DNA from: an uncultured Methanosarcinales archaeon
Lineage (GTDB): Archaea; Nanobdellota; Nanobdellia; Woesearchaeales; GW2011-AR9
Length of the DNA stretch: 45,797 nucleotides
Reading direction: 5' to 3'
NCBI GenBank assembly: GCA_964344235.1
Contig: CAYFMJ010000005.1
Coordinates: 1 to 45,797 of the forward strand
The position numbers and the translations under genes are program-made. Shown here one piece after another: positions 16,212 to 26,034 of the stretch. The notes under the pieces were generated by a model. The model worked only from the letters and a program-made list of their open reading frames with translations. It did not search any database and was not told the origin of the DNA. Numbering within the stretch: the stretch's first letter is position 1; each line of letters opens with the position of its first letter.

Positions 16212-19200
16212 GACAACAACGAGAGGTGTGGGAACGGCACCGGGGCACCACCTCCGCCCGGATCAAGCTAGTTCTCACACTCTTGCTTGTTTGCAGTTTA
16301 TTCATCACAGCAGTTATTCACAATGAAAGCCTTGGCCCAGCACTACCCCAAGACACCTCCGCTTTGGGCCAAGGTTTCACACCTTTCTCTGATGTTTCAG
16401 GCATGCTCACAGGAGCTACGATAGGTTTAGCACTGGAAGAAGAGGAATTAGTAGAAGAACCTGATTCAAACAATGAAGAAACTGCAGATAACCCAACTGA
16501 AGAAAAGATTACTGAACCTGACATCGAAGAAGAAGAAGCAATAAAACCAGTATTAGAATTTGCATTTGAAAATGAGTTTTCAACCACGGGTGTTGTACGC
16601 CCCACAGACCCAGAAGGGATGGTTGCATATGCGGAATTGAATGTCCAAACACCACGTTACAGGATTTGGAATGGCAGCAATTTCGGTTCAGAATTAACTG
16701 ACACCATTGACGCCGGTTGGACCATTAATTGGGTTATTCTTAAAGCTAGTCACGAACGTGACGAATTTATCATGGGAACAATTGGCGAAGGAACAAACAA
16801 GTTTGCAAATTTACAGATCTATAGTAACGGAACTGGATGGCACTCCCAATCCAACACTAGCACCGCTTTAGCGAATACCGCATGGCATAGTCACGACATT
16901 GCTTATGAAGACGTTTCAGGAGATGCAATTGTGTTCTATGAGTTTAACTCTACTAACATAGCTCCAGACTACCTAAACTACAAAATATGGAACGGAACCG
17001 CCATGGATGAGAGTGATTCCTACTTTTTCAACTTAACAGGATATGCAGGACACCCACAAGTCATCAGAGCTCAAGAAAGAATAAGCACCGATGAGATTAT
17101 GGTACTCACTCTTGATGAAAGTTCAGACCTCTCGGCAATCCTTTGGAATGGAACTAACCTAACCAACGCTAGCACCGAAAGCATAGTGGTGACTGACAAC
17201 GCATCAACTGCTAAAGAACAAGCATTCGACTTTGGTTGGGGAAAAGACGGAGATGGGTTAGTGGTCTATGGGAACGGCAAGGATATTGCATTTAGAGAGT
17301 ATAACAGAACAAATAAAAGTTTCGATCACGAGTTCACTGAATTCTTTGGCGAAAAGCTGGACGCAGTTGAAGTTTGTGAAGACCCAACCTCTAACTATAT
17401 GGGAATAATTGTGCAAGGAGATCCATTCCTAAACGCTGATGTGGGTGTAAGGATGTGGAATGGAACCGGCATCTTGCCAAATCCCCCCTCCAATGACGGT
17501 AGCACTGTTAGGCACAATGGGTTTAATCTCGTTGTAGATTGTGTTTGGTTAAACCAATCGACCGCAATGTTTGGCTTTATTGATGGAGGAGCAAAATCAG
17601 TTGATTACTTTACATTCACCAAGCCAGATACCTGGAGTACTTCTGACTTAACAAGCACAGACAATACGGGGGATTTCGCTGCAGATGATATTGAGAGTCT
17701 GGACTTTATCAAGCACCCTACAGCAGAAGAAGTAATGGTAATAACAACCGATGAGGATAGAAACCTCTCAGCAATAAGGTGGGATGGAGAAAGCTTTGTA
17801 ACCGTTCCAGAATCCTCACTAGAGCCAACGCTGGATGCTGCAGACCCACAAACACCAGCAATGTTCGACTGGTTTAGATACGATCCCAACCCCAACGTTA
17901 CTCTTGTCAATCCACAAGATGAAGAATATAGTGTTGGAGCAACGGTCCACATTAACGCCACAGTAAGAGACAACGTAAATGTTTCACAAGTATTCGCAAA
18001 CATTACTTTGCCTGATGGAACAGAAGATAACATTGAACTTACAGACGACGATGGCAATGAAATTTTTAATGGAACATACTCAACAACAACGCAAACCGGC
18101 CAATACAACTTTACCATTTGGGCTAACGATACAAGTACTCACCTTAACGTAAATGACACAGAAAGGGGAAATTTCACAATCGCAGCAGTAGTTTCTGATG
18201 AGATAAATGTAACCGAGCTCATTCCGCCAGTAAATACGGAGTATAACACAAGTAACATTATTGAGGTTGCCGCAAACGTAAGTGGTTCTAATAAGATCTC
18301 GTTAGTTATTGCAAACATTAGTTATCCAAATGGTACAACGAACCAAGTGACTCTTTCCAACGACACAACCCATGTTTTTAAATTTAACAACTCATTCACT
18401 ACTCCAACAGTACTCGGAGACTATAACCTTACTTTCTTCGCGAATGATACGAGCGATAACGTAAATCAGACAGAGGTCACTAATTTCACCGTAGTCGATG
18501 TGCGAAAGCCAGAATACGCTAACGTCGTGTGTAATCCTAATCCTGGCAACATCAGCAATGCTATAGAATGTAACGCCACCGTTACCGATAACGTTGCGCT
18601 AGAAAGCGTCACTGCAAACGTTACACTTCCAAATGGAACAATAGAAGTTCAGACCGTTGAGAACCTTTCCTCAAACTTCAATTTCACATTTACAACAACA
18701 ACCATCCCAGGATTTTTTAACGTGACTTGGAGAGCGAACGATAGTTCAGGTAACATCAAAAATAGTACCACGAACTTCACAATAAACGATGTTGTAAACC
18801 CAAGCGTGTTCAACCTAACTCCGACAGAGAACTCTATCTTTAACTTCAGTGACATCATTGAAATTGGAGCTAATATCACTGATGACGTGGCAGTACATGC
18901 AACAACAGCGGATGTATCATTCCCTAATGGTACAATAGAAACGCTCACTCTTACAAATGGAACAGACCACGAGTTTATATTTAACGTATCATTCACAATT
19001 CCAACACTTGCTGGAACCTACAACGTAACATTCTTTGCAAATGATACCTCAAACAACATAAATAATACAGAATCAACAAACTTTACCATCGTTGAAACGC
19101 CAGCAGAAGAAACAACAAGCCCCAGCCCTAGCGGAGGTGGAGGAGGAGGCGGGGGTGGCGGCAGCTATCCAGTATACCAATGTGTGGAACAAAGTGATTG

Positions 19201-20152
19201 CCCTGAGGGAACGTATTGTGTTGATAACAAATGTCTTAAGATCTTTGACTTAGTAATTCTTCACGCAGACTCTCCTGTTGAGCCAGAAGAATACCTTGAC
19301 TTCAGCTACTTCATTAAAGCAATGTCCGATATTGAGGGAGACGTTACCTTAGACTTCTGGATTGAAGGCCAGAATAAAATTATCGCAACTGGTTCAGACA
19401 TCATCTTCGTTGGTAGTTATGAAGAAAAAATAGAAGAAGCGAAATTGTACATCCCTTCCGATGCGCCAGAAGGCCCCTACATCATTTATGTAAAGTTAAC
19501 ATTCGCTCCATATACAATCACTGCTCATAGAAATATTGAAGTGAAAAAAGATGCACCGCTGTTCTTCACAATCGATCTCATTGATTTTCCAACAGTCAAC
19601 CCCGATGAAGCGTGGAGTTTCAAATCAATTGTTGCCTCAAACAAAGATGAAACTCTTCCTGTAACCTATACTCGATCAATAACACAGAGAGGAACAAATT
19701 ACTGGGCAAAAGAAAGCGGTATTGTTCTTGACCCTTCAGAGATTGTATCTGATAGTGTTCCAGGCTTAGCAGAAGGAAGATACGACCTCGTCCTTACTGC
19801 AACATCAGGAGAAGATTCCTCTGAATTAACACAATCATTCACTGTGGGGGACGGTAGAGATTTACGGTGGTTACTAGACTTATTACGGTTAATACTTGCA
19901 ATTCTCGCGGTAGCTGGTGTCATCCCCTTACTAATTATGTACTATAGAAAGAAGAAAAAAGAAGAGAAAGTCGATCCAAACGTGCGAAGGTTAGAGAAGT
20001 GGTTACGAACAGTCCTTAAGATGGGCTTATCGAGAGAAAAAATTGAAACTCTCGTAACAGAAAGTGGTTGGACACATGCACAACTAAACCAAGCACTTGA
20101 CAGAATCAGAGCAAAAAAAATAAAAGGGAAACTCCCTTCACTCAAACGATAA
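16208..20152 (+). CDS. Large surface glycoprotein (N-terminal TM, beta-rich WNG-repeat domain, four Ig-like repeats, poly-Gly linker, Cys module, C-terminal TM)
   Basis: Very dense N-x-S/T sequons; four ~100-aa repeats at about 17880-19095; Gly10 at 19133-19162; C-terminal TM and basic tail. Confidence 0.85.
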   Translation: MRQQREVWERHRGTTSARIKLVLTLLLVCSLFITAVIHNESLGPALPQDTSALGQGFTPFSDVSGMLTGATIGLALEEEELVEEPDSNNEETADNPTEEKITEPDIEEEEAIKPVLEFAFENEFSTTGVVRPTDPEGMVAYAELNVQTPRYRIWNGSNFGSELTDTIDAGWTINWVILKASHERDEFIMGTIGEGTNKFANLQIYSNGTGWHSQSNTSTALANTAWHSHDIAYEDVSGDAIVFYEFNSTNIAPDYLNYKIWNGTAMDESDSYFFNLTGYAGHPQVIRAQERISTDEIMVLTLDESSDLSAILWNGTNLTNASTESIVVTDNASTAKEQAFDFGWGKDGDGLVVYGNGKDIAFREYNRTNKSFDHEFTEFFGEKLDAVEVCEDPTSNYMGIIVQGDPFLNADVGVRMWNGTGILPNPPSNDGSTVRHNGFNLVVDCVWLNQSTAMFGFIDGGAKSVDYFTFTKPDTWSTSDLTSTDNTGDFAADDIESLDFIKHPTAEEVMVITTDEDRNLSAIRWDGESFVTVPESSLEPTLDAADPQTPAMFDWFRYDPNPNVTLVNPQDEEYSVGATVHINATVRDNVNVSQVFANITLPDGTEDNIELTDDDGNEIFNGTYSTTTQTGQYNFTIWANDTSTHLNVNDTERGNFTIAAVVSDEINVTELIPPVNTEYNTSNIIEVAANVSGSNKISLVIANISYPNGTTNQVTLSNDTTHVFKFNNSFTTPTVLGDYNLTFFANDTSDNVNQTEVTNFTVVDVRKPEYANVVCNPNPGNISNAIECNATVTDNVALESVTANVTLPNGTIEVQTVENLSSNFNFTFTTTTIPGFFNVTWRANDSSGNIKNSTTNFTINDVVNPSVFNLTPTENSIFNFSDIIEIGANITDDVAVHATTADVSFPNGTIETLTLTNGTDHEFIFNVSFTIPTLAGTYNVTFFANDTSNNINNTESTNFTIVETPAEETTSPSPSGGGGGGGGGGSYPVYQCVEQSDCPEGTYCVDNKCLKIFDLVILHADSPVEPEEYLDFSYFIKAMSDIEGDVTLDFWIEGQNKIIATGSDIIFVGSYEEKIEEAKLYIPSDAPEGPYIIYVKLTFAPYTITAHRNIEVKKDAPLFFTIDLIDFPTVNPDEAWSFKSIVASNKDETLPVTYTRSITQRGTNYWAKESGIVLDPSEIVSDSVPGLAEGRYDLVLTATSGEDSSELTQSFTVGDGRDLRWLLDLLRLILAILAVAGVIPLLIMYYRKKKKEEKVDPNVRRLEKWLRTVLKMGLSREKIETLVTESGWTHAQLNQALDRIRAKKIKGKLPSLKR

Positions 20153-20162
20153 AGAGGTATAA

Positions 20163-20918
20163 ATGAAACAACATAATAACATAACAACCATACTTGCAAT
20201 AGCAGGGTTCCTATTTTTCTCAAGAAAAAGCGCAAAGCAGCCAAAACACGGCCCGGTGCTAGAATTCGAAAATGAACAACACATTGCACAATGGCGCGGC
20301 AAGAGGGATGTGAACCTAGAGCACGAAATTACAACATTAACAAAACGTCTCCATTCCATAAAAGAAACATCTGAGGACAAGAATATAGAAGTGAAAGTTA
20401 AACAAAAAAAGCAACTTGTTAAGCAAACAAAGAAGAAAGTAAAAGCTGCAAAGAAGCAGCAAAAGAAAGCAAAGAAAACGCAAAGAAAACTCCTAGTTCT
20501 GACGCCACCAACCGAACTTCAGACACTGCAATCGGAGCTTACAGACATCGAGGAACAATTACAAAACATCGGCGATTTTCTTCCTAGAAAACTCCAGATG
20601 AAAACAACAATTCCAGTTACAAGTGGTTTTTCCAAAGACAGACATCATAAAGAAAAACTCAAAGAGTCCCTCAGTTTCATCACAAAAACCCTCAAAAAAA
20701 GCAAACGCAAAGAATTCATCTCTAAGCCAAAAGAAAAGCGAAAAACTGAGGCTGAGTTACAAGCTGAACACGCAGCAATTGAAGAAGTACAGAGAATCTC
20801 AGCAAGGTTAGCAAAAAAATATCCCAACCCACCAAATGAACTCATTCAGATCGATACAACATTACAAAAAATCAAACAACAATTACAACAAGAGAAAGAA
20901 GAGTTAAATCAGAGCTAA
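20163..20918 (+). CDS. Lys/Gln-rich coiled-coil protein with N-terminal membrane anchor
   Basis: Short hydrophobic N-terminus followed by a highly charged helical sequence. Confidence 0.65.
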   Translation: MKQHNNITTILAIAGFLFFSRKSAKQPKHGPVLEFENEQHIAQWRGKRDVNLEHEITTLTKRLHSIKETSEDKNIEVKVKQKKQLVKQTKKKVKAAKKQQKKAKKTQRKLLVLTPPTELQTLQSELTDIEEQLQNIGDFLPRKLQMKTTIPVTSGFSKDRHHKEKLKESLSFITKTLKKSKRKEFISKPKEKRKTEAELQAEHAAIEEVQRISARLAKKYPNPPNELIQIDTTLQKIKQQLQQEKEELNQS

Positions 20919-20924
20919 GAAAAC

Positions 20925-21446
20925 CTAATCATCAACTACAACTACTTTACATGAACAAGGGAACTTCTTCGCTGCTTTTGAAAGTGCTTCCTTTCCTACT
21001 TTAATATTCTCTTTATTCAAACGCACTTCCATTAACGTCTGGCCTTCCTTAACCCGAGCAGCTGAACCAATAGACTTCCCATAGGACTTCTTCATCCCCG
21101 TACTCAAACGATCAGCACCAGCACCACTTGCCAATGCATTTTCTCGCAGAACATGGAACGGATATACTTTAATCCGGAGATGATAATCTTTTGCAAGCGC
21201 TTTCTCTAACGTCCTGTTAGAAGTCATTCTCGCCGATTCCAAAGCATTATGACGGATATTCATACTTCTACAAGCAATTAAACGAATAGTTCCAGAGAAA
21301 TCCTTTGAAGGAGTTCCCATGTCAAACTTGATTACTTTCATATGTGGGAATCCACCACGGACGAAATTCTTCTTAGTATACTTACTAATACGAGTATACG
21401 GCCTTTCAAGTCCCTGATATGCCACAAATTTACGTAATCGAGCCAT
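20925..21446 (-). CDS. rpl10e: 50S ribosomal protein uL16 (L10e)
   Basis: RPYTR, IRHNALESARMTSNR, YPFHVLRENALASGAGADRLSTGMKKSYGK. Confidence 0.97.
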   Translation of the reverse strand: MARLRKFVAYQGLERPYTRISKYTKKNFVRGGFPHMKVIKFDMGTPSKDFSGTIRLIACRSMNIRHNALESARMTSNRTLEKALAKDYHLRIKVYPFHVLRENALASGAGADRLSTGMKKSYGKSIGSAARVKEGQTLMEVRLNKENIKVGKEALSKAAKKFPCSCKVVVVDD

Positions 21447-21636
21447 TTTATGTTATAGTCATACACTTCTCACGCTCTGAAACTCAAAAATCTGTTATTT
21501 TCAGTTATGAGTAGTCTTTCATGTCTTATTTTACTACTTTGGACACTCACTCATTTATAAATCTTGCTGCGTTTTTCAAGTACAGCTGAGAAAAGCCATA
21601 CGATTATTTCATCTTTAGAGCAAAGTCATACACTTG

Positions 21637-21936
21637 CTACTTACGCACGAGAAAAGAGGTTCCTTTTAGTTTTATGGTGTTGCCATTAGGTCTTTGTTCT
21701 CCATCTAAGAAAACAAGGATGGCCTTCCGCTTATTGTCAAGTTCCACCAAGTAATAGAATATTTTGTCCCCTTTTCGTAAAGCGTTTCCTATAGCAATCT
21801 CCCGTACTAAGGAAAAGAAATACTGGTGCCTTCTTTGTTGTAATCTAACGTTCCAGCCCAGACCCTCAAATGTCGCTTTGATTTTAACCCCCTCATGTAC
21901 TCCTACCACCTCTTTTATAGCTCTCGCTATGTTCAC
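21637..21936 (-). CDS. Hypothetical protein, possibly AbrB/SpoVT-like swapped hairpin
   Basis: RLQQRRHQYFFSLVREIAIGNALRKGDKIFYYL pattern; GTG start. Confidence 0.5.
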   Translation of the reverse strand: MNIARAIKEVVGVHEGVKIKATFEGLGWNVRLQQRRHQYFFSLVREIAIGNALRKGDKIFYYLVELDNKRKAILVFLDGEQRPNGNTIKLKGTSFLVRK

Positions 21937-21958
21937 TTACAAAAGGAAAAATAATAAT

Positions 21959-22477
21959 TTACGTAGCTCGTGTAAGCAACTCTGGCTTTTTCTCAAACAG
22001 CCACTTATAACAATAACCAAGCTGTGGATGAATCTTTTCGTCCTTGCACACTAAGTTATACGCATCCTGAACATCAACAAAGTGTCCACTCGCAACCTCT
22101 CCATCAGCAAAATCAAAACCATCCTCAGCAAATGTAACGAACAATTTAATGAATCTCTTGTGGTCATCTGCTTCAAAGAGCATTGAGCCAACTTCTTGCA
22201 ACTCTGTGTTTAACCCAATTTCTTCCCGCAGTTCCCTCTTAGCTGCTTCCTCATACGATTCTCCTGCTTGCACATGACCTCCTGCTGACGTGCAATAATA
22301 TCCTGGCAGGAATGATTTTGTTTCTGCTCGCTTTTGGAAATAGACTTTATTCTCTTTTGGGTGTATCACAAACACGTGCACAATTCTGTGTGAGTGCTTT
22401 TGTGCGTAAATCTCATCCTGTGTTGTTTGTCCCACTATTTCGTTGTTGTCGTTAACAATATCCATTACTTCTGACAT
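21959..22477 (-). CDS. NUDIX hydrolase (IDI type-1-like subfamily)
   Basis: HRIVHVFV, and Nudix box GGHVQAGESYEEAAKRELREEIG. Confidence 0.9.
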   Translation of the reverse strand: MSEVMDIVNDNNEIVGQTTQDEIYAQKHSHRIVHVFVIHPKENKVYFQKRAETKSFLPGYYCTSAGGHVQAGESYEEAAKRELREEIGLNTELQEVGSMLFEADDHKRFIKLFVTFAEDGFDFADGEVASGHFVDVQDAYNLVCKDEKIHPQLGYCYKWLFEKKPELLTRAT

Positions 22478-22480
22478 AAT

Positions 22481-23023
22481 TCATTCACCTCGTAGTATTT
22501 GTTGTATCACTTCATCAAGTTGTAATCGTGTTTGTGCAATGTCTCCTGAATTATCTACTTGATAACGGGGAGAGAGTTGCGGTTCTAATGCTCGCATGTG
22601 ACCCTCGTATTCTTGTTTTCTTTTTAGTAATTGTGCTACTTCACTATCGTATCTATCTGTTCGTTCTTGTGCGGCAGCGTATGCTCTCTCTTCCCACACA
22701 ATATCGTCAACTGTAATAATAACATATCCTTTCATGTCAAACATCCTATGAAGCATTGGCAGTTGTTCTGTATCACGCGGTGTACCATCCAGCATTACCC
22801 AATCGACTTCAGGAAGTGGATAGGATACAAATAAGTCTTCAACGAGTTTTTTACAAAATATCGTCCCGGCTTCCCAATGTTCGTGACAATGTTTTTTTAG
22901 TGGATCGGTTTCTGGCAGGGTTTTTGTATATTCTCCCAACTGGATAGATCTGTCTTGATATGGTTCTATTAACGTACTCTTGCCGCTTGCAGGTGCTCCA
23001 ATTAAGGATATTGCTGGCATCAT
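22481..23023 (-). CDS. Adenylate/NMP-kinase-family protein
   Basis: P-loop GAPASGKST; LDGTPRDTEQ (cf. DGFPR..Q); R.DR.D lid-like motif. Confidence 0.85.
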   Translation of the reverse strand: MMPAISLIGAPASGKSTLIEPYQDRSIQLGEYTKTLPETDPLKKHCHEHWEAGTIFCKKLVEDLFVSYPLPEVDWVMLDGTPRDTEQLPMLHRMFDMKGYVIITVDDIVWEERAYAAAQERTDRYDSEVAQLLKRKQEYEGHMRALEPQLSPRYQVDNSGDIAQTRLQLDEVIQQILRGE

Positions 23024-23553
23024 TGTGAATCTCGTAAAGCTGAGTATGATGTATTAATATGTTGTGTCACATCAAGACCCAACTGTTCAGTTAGTTGTGT
23101 TATCGCCTCATCTTCCCCCTCAATTTCAATGAAATGTCCTAGACCATCAACGTAATCAATTCCAACGTGCATGTTGTCTAAAGCATAGTATCTGCGCGTC
23201 TTAGTAATTTGATCGCTAACACAAAATCCTAACACGTCACCTAAAAAGCGCTTTAGTATTTCTGGGTTATCTACCCTTGTTTCGTCTTCATGCCGTTGCA
23301 GGAATCTCGTATCTTCGTTAAGCGGGCCTTTGTAGGTAAAATACCCATACTGCTCTTGTGTATCTGTGGTTACTTTTCGCACACGGATATTTTCCCCACC
23401 AACACCATTCGGCCGTCTATAATACGTGTCATTTTGGGTCTCTGTCCTCTGATAGACTGCACCAAGCTCTTCTAATTTAGTGCATAGTTGGCTGGGCGAG
23501 TCTATGCGAAGCTTGACCTCGTTCTCTAGGTTGTTTTCGTGTGTAGTGGGCAT
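23020..23553 (-). CDS. CYTH-domain protein (class IV adenylyl cyclase/triphosphatase, CyaB-like)
   Basis: ENEVK (ExExK), QNDTYY, IRVR, FTYKGP, KTRRYY and LGHFIEIE. Confidence 0.9.
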   Translation of the reverse strand: MPTTHENNLENEVKLRIDSPSQLCTKLEELGAVYQRTETQNDTYYRRPNGVGGENIRVRKVTTDTQEQYGYFTYKGPLNEDTRFLQRHEDETRVDNPEILKRFLGDVLGFCVSDQITKTRRYYALDNMHVGIDYVDGLGHFIEIEGEDEAITQLTEQLGLDVTQHINTSYSALRDSQ

Positions 23554-24394
23554 GATTTTGAGCGTAGTTATGTGGCTGGACGTATTGTTGCCATTCCTTT
23601 ACTACTTCTTCTAGTGGATCGGTACGGATGTTTTTTAACGGCAGTTCATACGTTCTGCCGCTTATGTCTGTAGGAATAACAACCAGTCCTTGTGGGTTGA
23701 CCATGAAATATGCCTTATCTCTTCGCTTATTTCTGGCAATATCTAGTTTAGGCCCTAATGATGTGCTCGTCAAAAGCATACTCATCTCTGCATCAAATGT
23801 GTCCTCGTCGGGCATGAGCGGTGCTCTAATTTCGGGTTGAAATTCATAATCCATCAACTCATAGATTTTCCATGTGTCGAGGACAGAGCTGTATGGTTCA
23901 AGCAATCTTGCGATGTTAATGAAATCACCTTGAGTTGCTGCCGAATACACAGTACCAGCTCGAAGTAGTTCTGGTTTCAATTCTGGTTGCAATAGGTAAT
24001 GGTTAAGCACGTCGAAAAACGTGTGATAGGATGCTTCATCAAGACGAGAGAGGGCATGCACTTCAGGGGTGGAGCCATCAAGTGGAATGTTAAGGGAAGA
24101 TACATGCCTCTCAATCGTGTCTTGGTGATCTCGAAAGAACATGGAGTTAGTTGAAAGTGCTATTTTCATGCCGTGGCTGGTTAATCGTTCCATGACGTTG
24201 TCAATTCCTTTAACTAGGAGCGGTTCGCCTCCCGTGAGAACTACCCATTGTGCCCCAAGCTCTGCGAATGTATCCGCCATCTCTAAAAGGTCTTCTTCTG
24301 GCAGTGCTCCTTCCGATTTATCCGGCCCATAACAATGTAAGCACCTAAGGTTGCATTTGCCGACGAGCTTCCAGTCTATAACATCAACTTCCAT
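23477..24394 (-). CDS. Radical SAM enzyme without SPASM domain, viperin-like
   Basis: CNLRCLHC are the only Cys residues; LTGGEP, LSTNS, IPLDGS, TWKIYE and AYFMVNPQG. Confidence 0.85.
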   Translation of the reverse strand: MEVDVIDWKLVGKCNLRCLHCYGPDKSEGALPEEDLLEMADTFAELGAQWVVLTGGEPLLVKGIDNVMERLTSHGMKIALSTNSMFFRDHQDTIERHVSSLNIPLDGSTPEVHALSRLDEASYHTFFDVLNHYLLQPELKPELLRAGTVYSAATQGDFINIARLLEPYSSVLDTWKIYELMDYEFQPEIRAPLMPDEDTFDAEMSMLLTSTSLGPKLDIARNKRRDKAYFMVNPQGLVVIPTDISGRTYELPLKNIRTDPLEEVVKEWQQYVQPHNYAQNHAHYTRKQPRERGQASHRLAQPTMH

Positions 24395-24490
24395 GAAATA
24401 GTTGTGGCTTGTATATATTATAAAAGTATGTGGCTAGAAATTGGCTAAAATAGGAATGTTTTTATATATTAATTGTTAATTTAGCATAAA

Positions 24491-25453
24491 ATGGCGTACA
24501 GATTAGATAAAAAGGACGTTGCAATTCTTTGGGAGTTGTACCAAAATGCCCGTATTCCAGTCGTAAAAGTAGCCAAAAATGTGGGAATTCCAAAGGAAAC
24601 TGTTAAGTATAGAATTGAGCAACTTGAGAAAGGAGGTATACTCAAAAAATATTTTGCCATTGTTAACGCTCCAATTTTAGGTTTACGGTTCTATGAAACG
24701 TTCATTAAATTGCATGGGATTCCAGAAGAGTATTTGAAGGGGTGTATTCACAAATTAACTGATTATAAGCATACTGCGTGGTTGATTAGCACTTCTGGTG
24801 CGTTTACGCTTTGTTGTACATTTTTGGTAAAAAATCCTGCACAATTTTACGAAGCATGTTATTATGTGCGCAAGATGTTCGGGAAGTACTTAAAGCGATT
24901 TAATACTAACCACAGTGTAGATGCGCAGCAGTTTAATTATCCTTATTTTAAGGAATTTGAAGAACTTCCTCCGTTAAAGATTACCAAGCATGAGCAAGAG
25001 CCAGTTGAGTTGGATAAGATCAATCGAGGTTTGTTGATGTTATTAACAGAGAATTGCCGGATGAAGCGTAAAGAGATGGCCTTCCGGTTAAAGATAGCAG
25101 AGCATACAGTAAGTTCACGTATCAAATGGTTAGAACAAAAGAGGTTTATCCAACGCTATAGTATTTTATTACATCCGGGGCGAGCAGGGTATTTCTTTTA
25201 CATATTGTTTGTGCGTGTTACCCTGCCATCAGATGAGTTGGCAGCACATATTAAGAATTTGCCCGAGATATTTTACTTGAAGAAAAAAGGCGTTGGCTTT
25301 TATGATTATAAAGTTGAGTTGTACGCTGAATCTGAATCAAGAGTGCATGAAATCGAGGAAGAGTTGTACAGAAAATTTCCCAATATTGTTGTGGAGGTTG
25401 AAATACTGCACGTAAAGAAGGAGCATGCAATCAGGTATTTTGTGGATGTGTAG
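24491..25453 (+). CDS. Tandem double Lrp/AsnC-type regulator
   Basis: Two repeats, LDKKDVAILWELYQNAR and LDKINRGLLMLLTENCR, each with an HTH and a RAM-like domain. Confidence 0.88.
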   Translation: MAYRLDKKDVAILWELYQNARIPVVKVAKNVGIPKETVKYRIEQLEKGGILKKYFAIVNAPILGLRFYETFIKLHGIPEEYLKGCIHKLTDYKHTAWLISTSGAFTLCCTFLVKNPAQFYEACYYVRKMFGKYLKRFNTNHSVDAQQFNYPYFKEFEELPPLKITKHEQEPVELDKINRGLLMLLTENCRMKRKEMAFRLKIAEHTVSSRIKWLEQKRFIQRYSILLHPGRAGYFFYILFVRVTLPSDELAAHIKNLPEIFYLKKKGVGFYDYKVELYAESESRVHEIEEELYRKFPNIVVEVEILHVKKEHAIRYFVDV

Positions 25454-25488
25454 AATTATTTAAATAGAAGCGTTGTTCTTAGTTTAGA

Positions 25489-26034
25489 ATGAAAGTATTT
25501 ATGATTCACGGAGCATACGGCGATCCTAACGAAAACTGGTTTCCATGGCTGCGAGATAAGCTAAGAGCGGAGGGGCATGAAGTGATTGTGCCAGAATTTC
25601 CCACGCCAGAAAATCAAACATTGGAAGCTTGGCTGAACGTCTTTGAACAATATCAAGTTAATGAAGATACGGTGTTTGTTGGGCATAGCTTAGGGGTTGC
25701 GTTTATCTTGTCTCTTGTAGAGAAGTATAAGGTTAAAGCATGTTTCTTTGTGGCTGGCTTTCTAGGAGAGATTGGCATTCAGGCGTTTGATGAAATTAAC
25801 GAGAGTTTCGTGAACAAACAATTTGATTGGGAGAAGATTAGAAATAACTGTAGCAAATTTTATGTGTATCACTCTGACAATGACCCGTATGTTCCATTAT
25901 CTAAAGGGCATGAACTTGCTGCTAAATTGTCCGCAGAATTTAGAAGCGTAGAAGGGGCTGGCCATTTTAATGAAAAAGCAGGTTATGTGAAGTTTGAGGA
26001 GTTGTATGGGGATATTCGTGGATTACTTTGCTAA
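25489..26034 (+). CDS. RBBP9/YdeN-family alpha/beta hydrolase
   Basis: HGAYGDPNENWFPWL, GHSLG nucleophile elbow, SDNDPYVP and GAGHFN. Confidence 0.92.
   Translation: MKVFMIHGAYGDPNENWFPWLRDKLRAEGHEVIVPEFPTPENQTLEAWLNVFEQYQVNEDTVFVGHSLGVAFILSLVEKYKVKACFFVAGFLGEIGIQAFDEINESFVNKQFDWEKIRNNCSKFYVYHSDNDPYVPLSKGHELAAKLSAEFRSVEGAGHFNEKAGYVKFEELYGDIRGLLC

Noticed and set aside
19133-19162. GGN repeat as a DNA-level microsatellite
   Set aside because: Codons vary (GGA/GGT/GGC/GGG), indicating selection for a poly-Gly linker rather than slippage.
16318-19923. Antisense ORFs within the surface protein gene (and similar shadows inside virB4, kef, polX and leuS)
   Set aside because: They are shadow frames of well-supported genes on the opposite strand.
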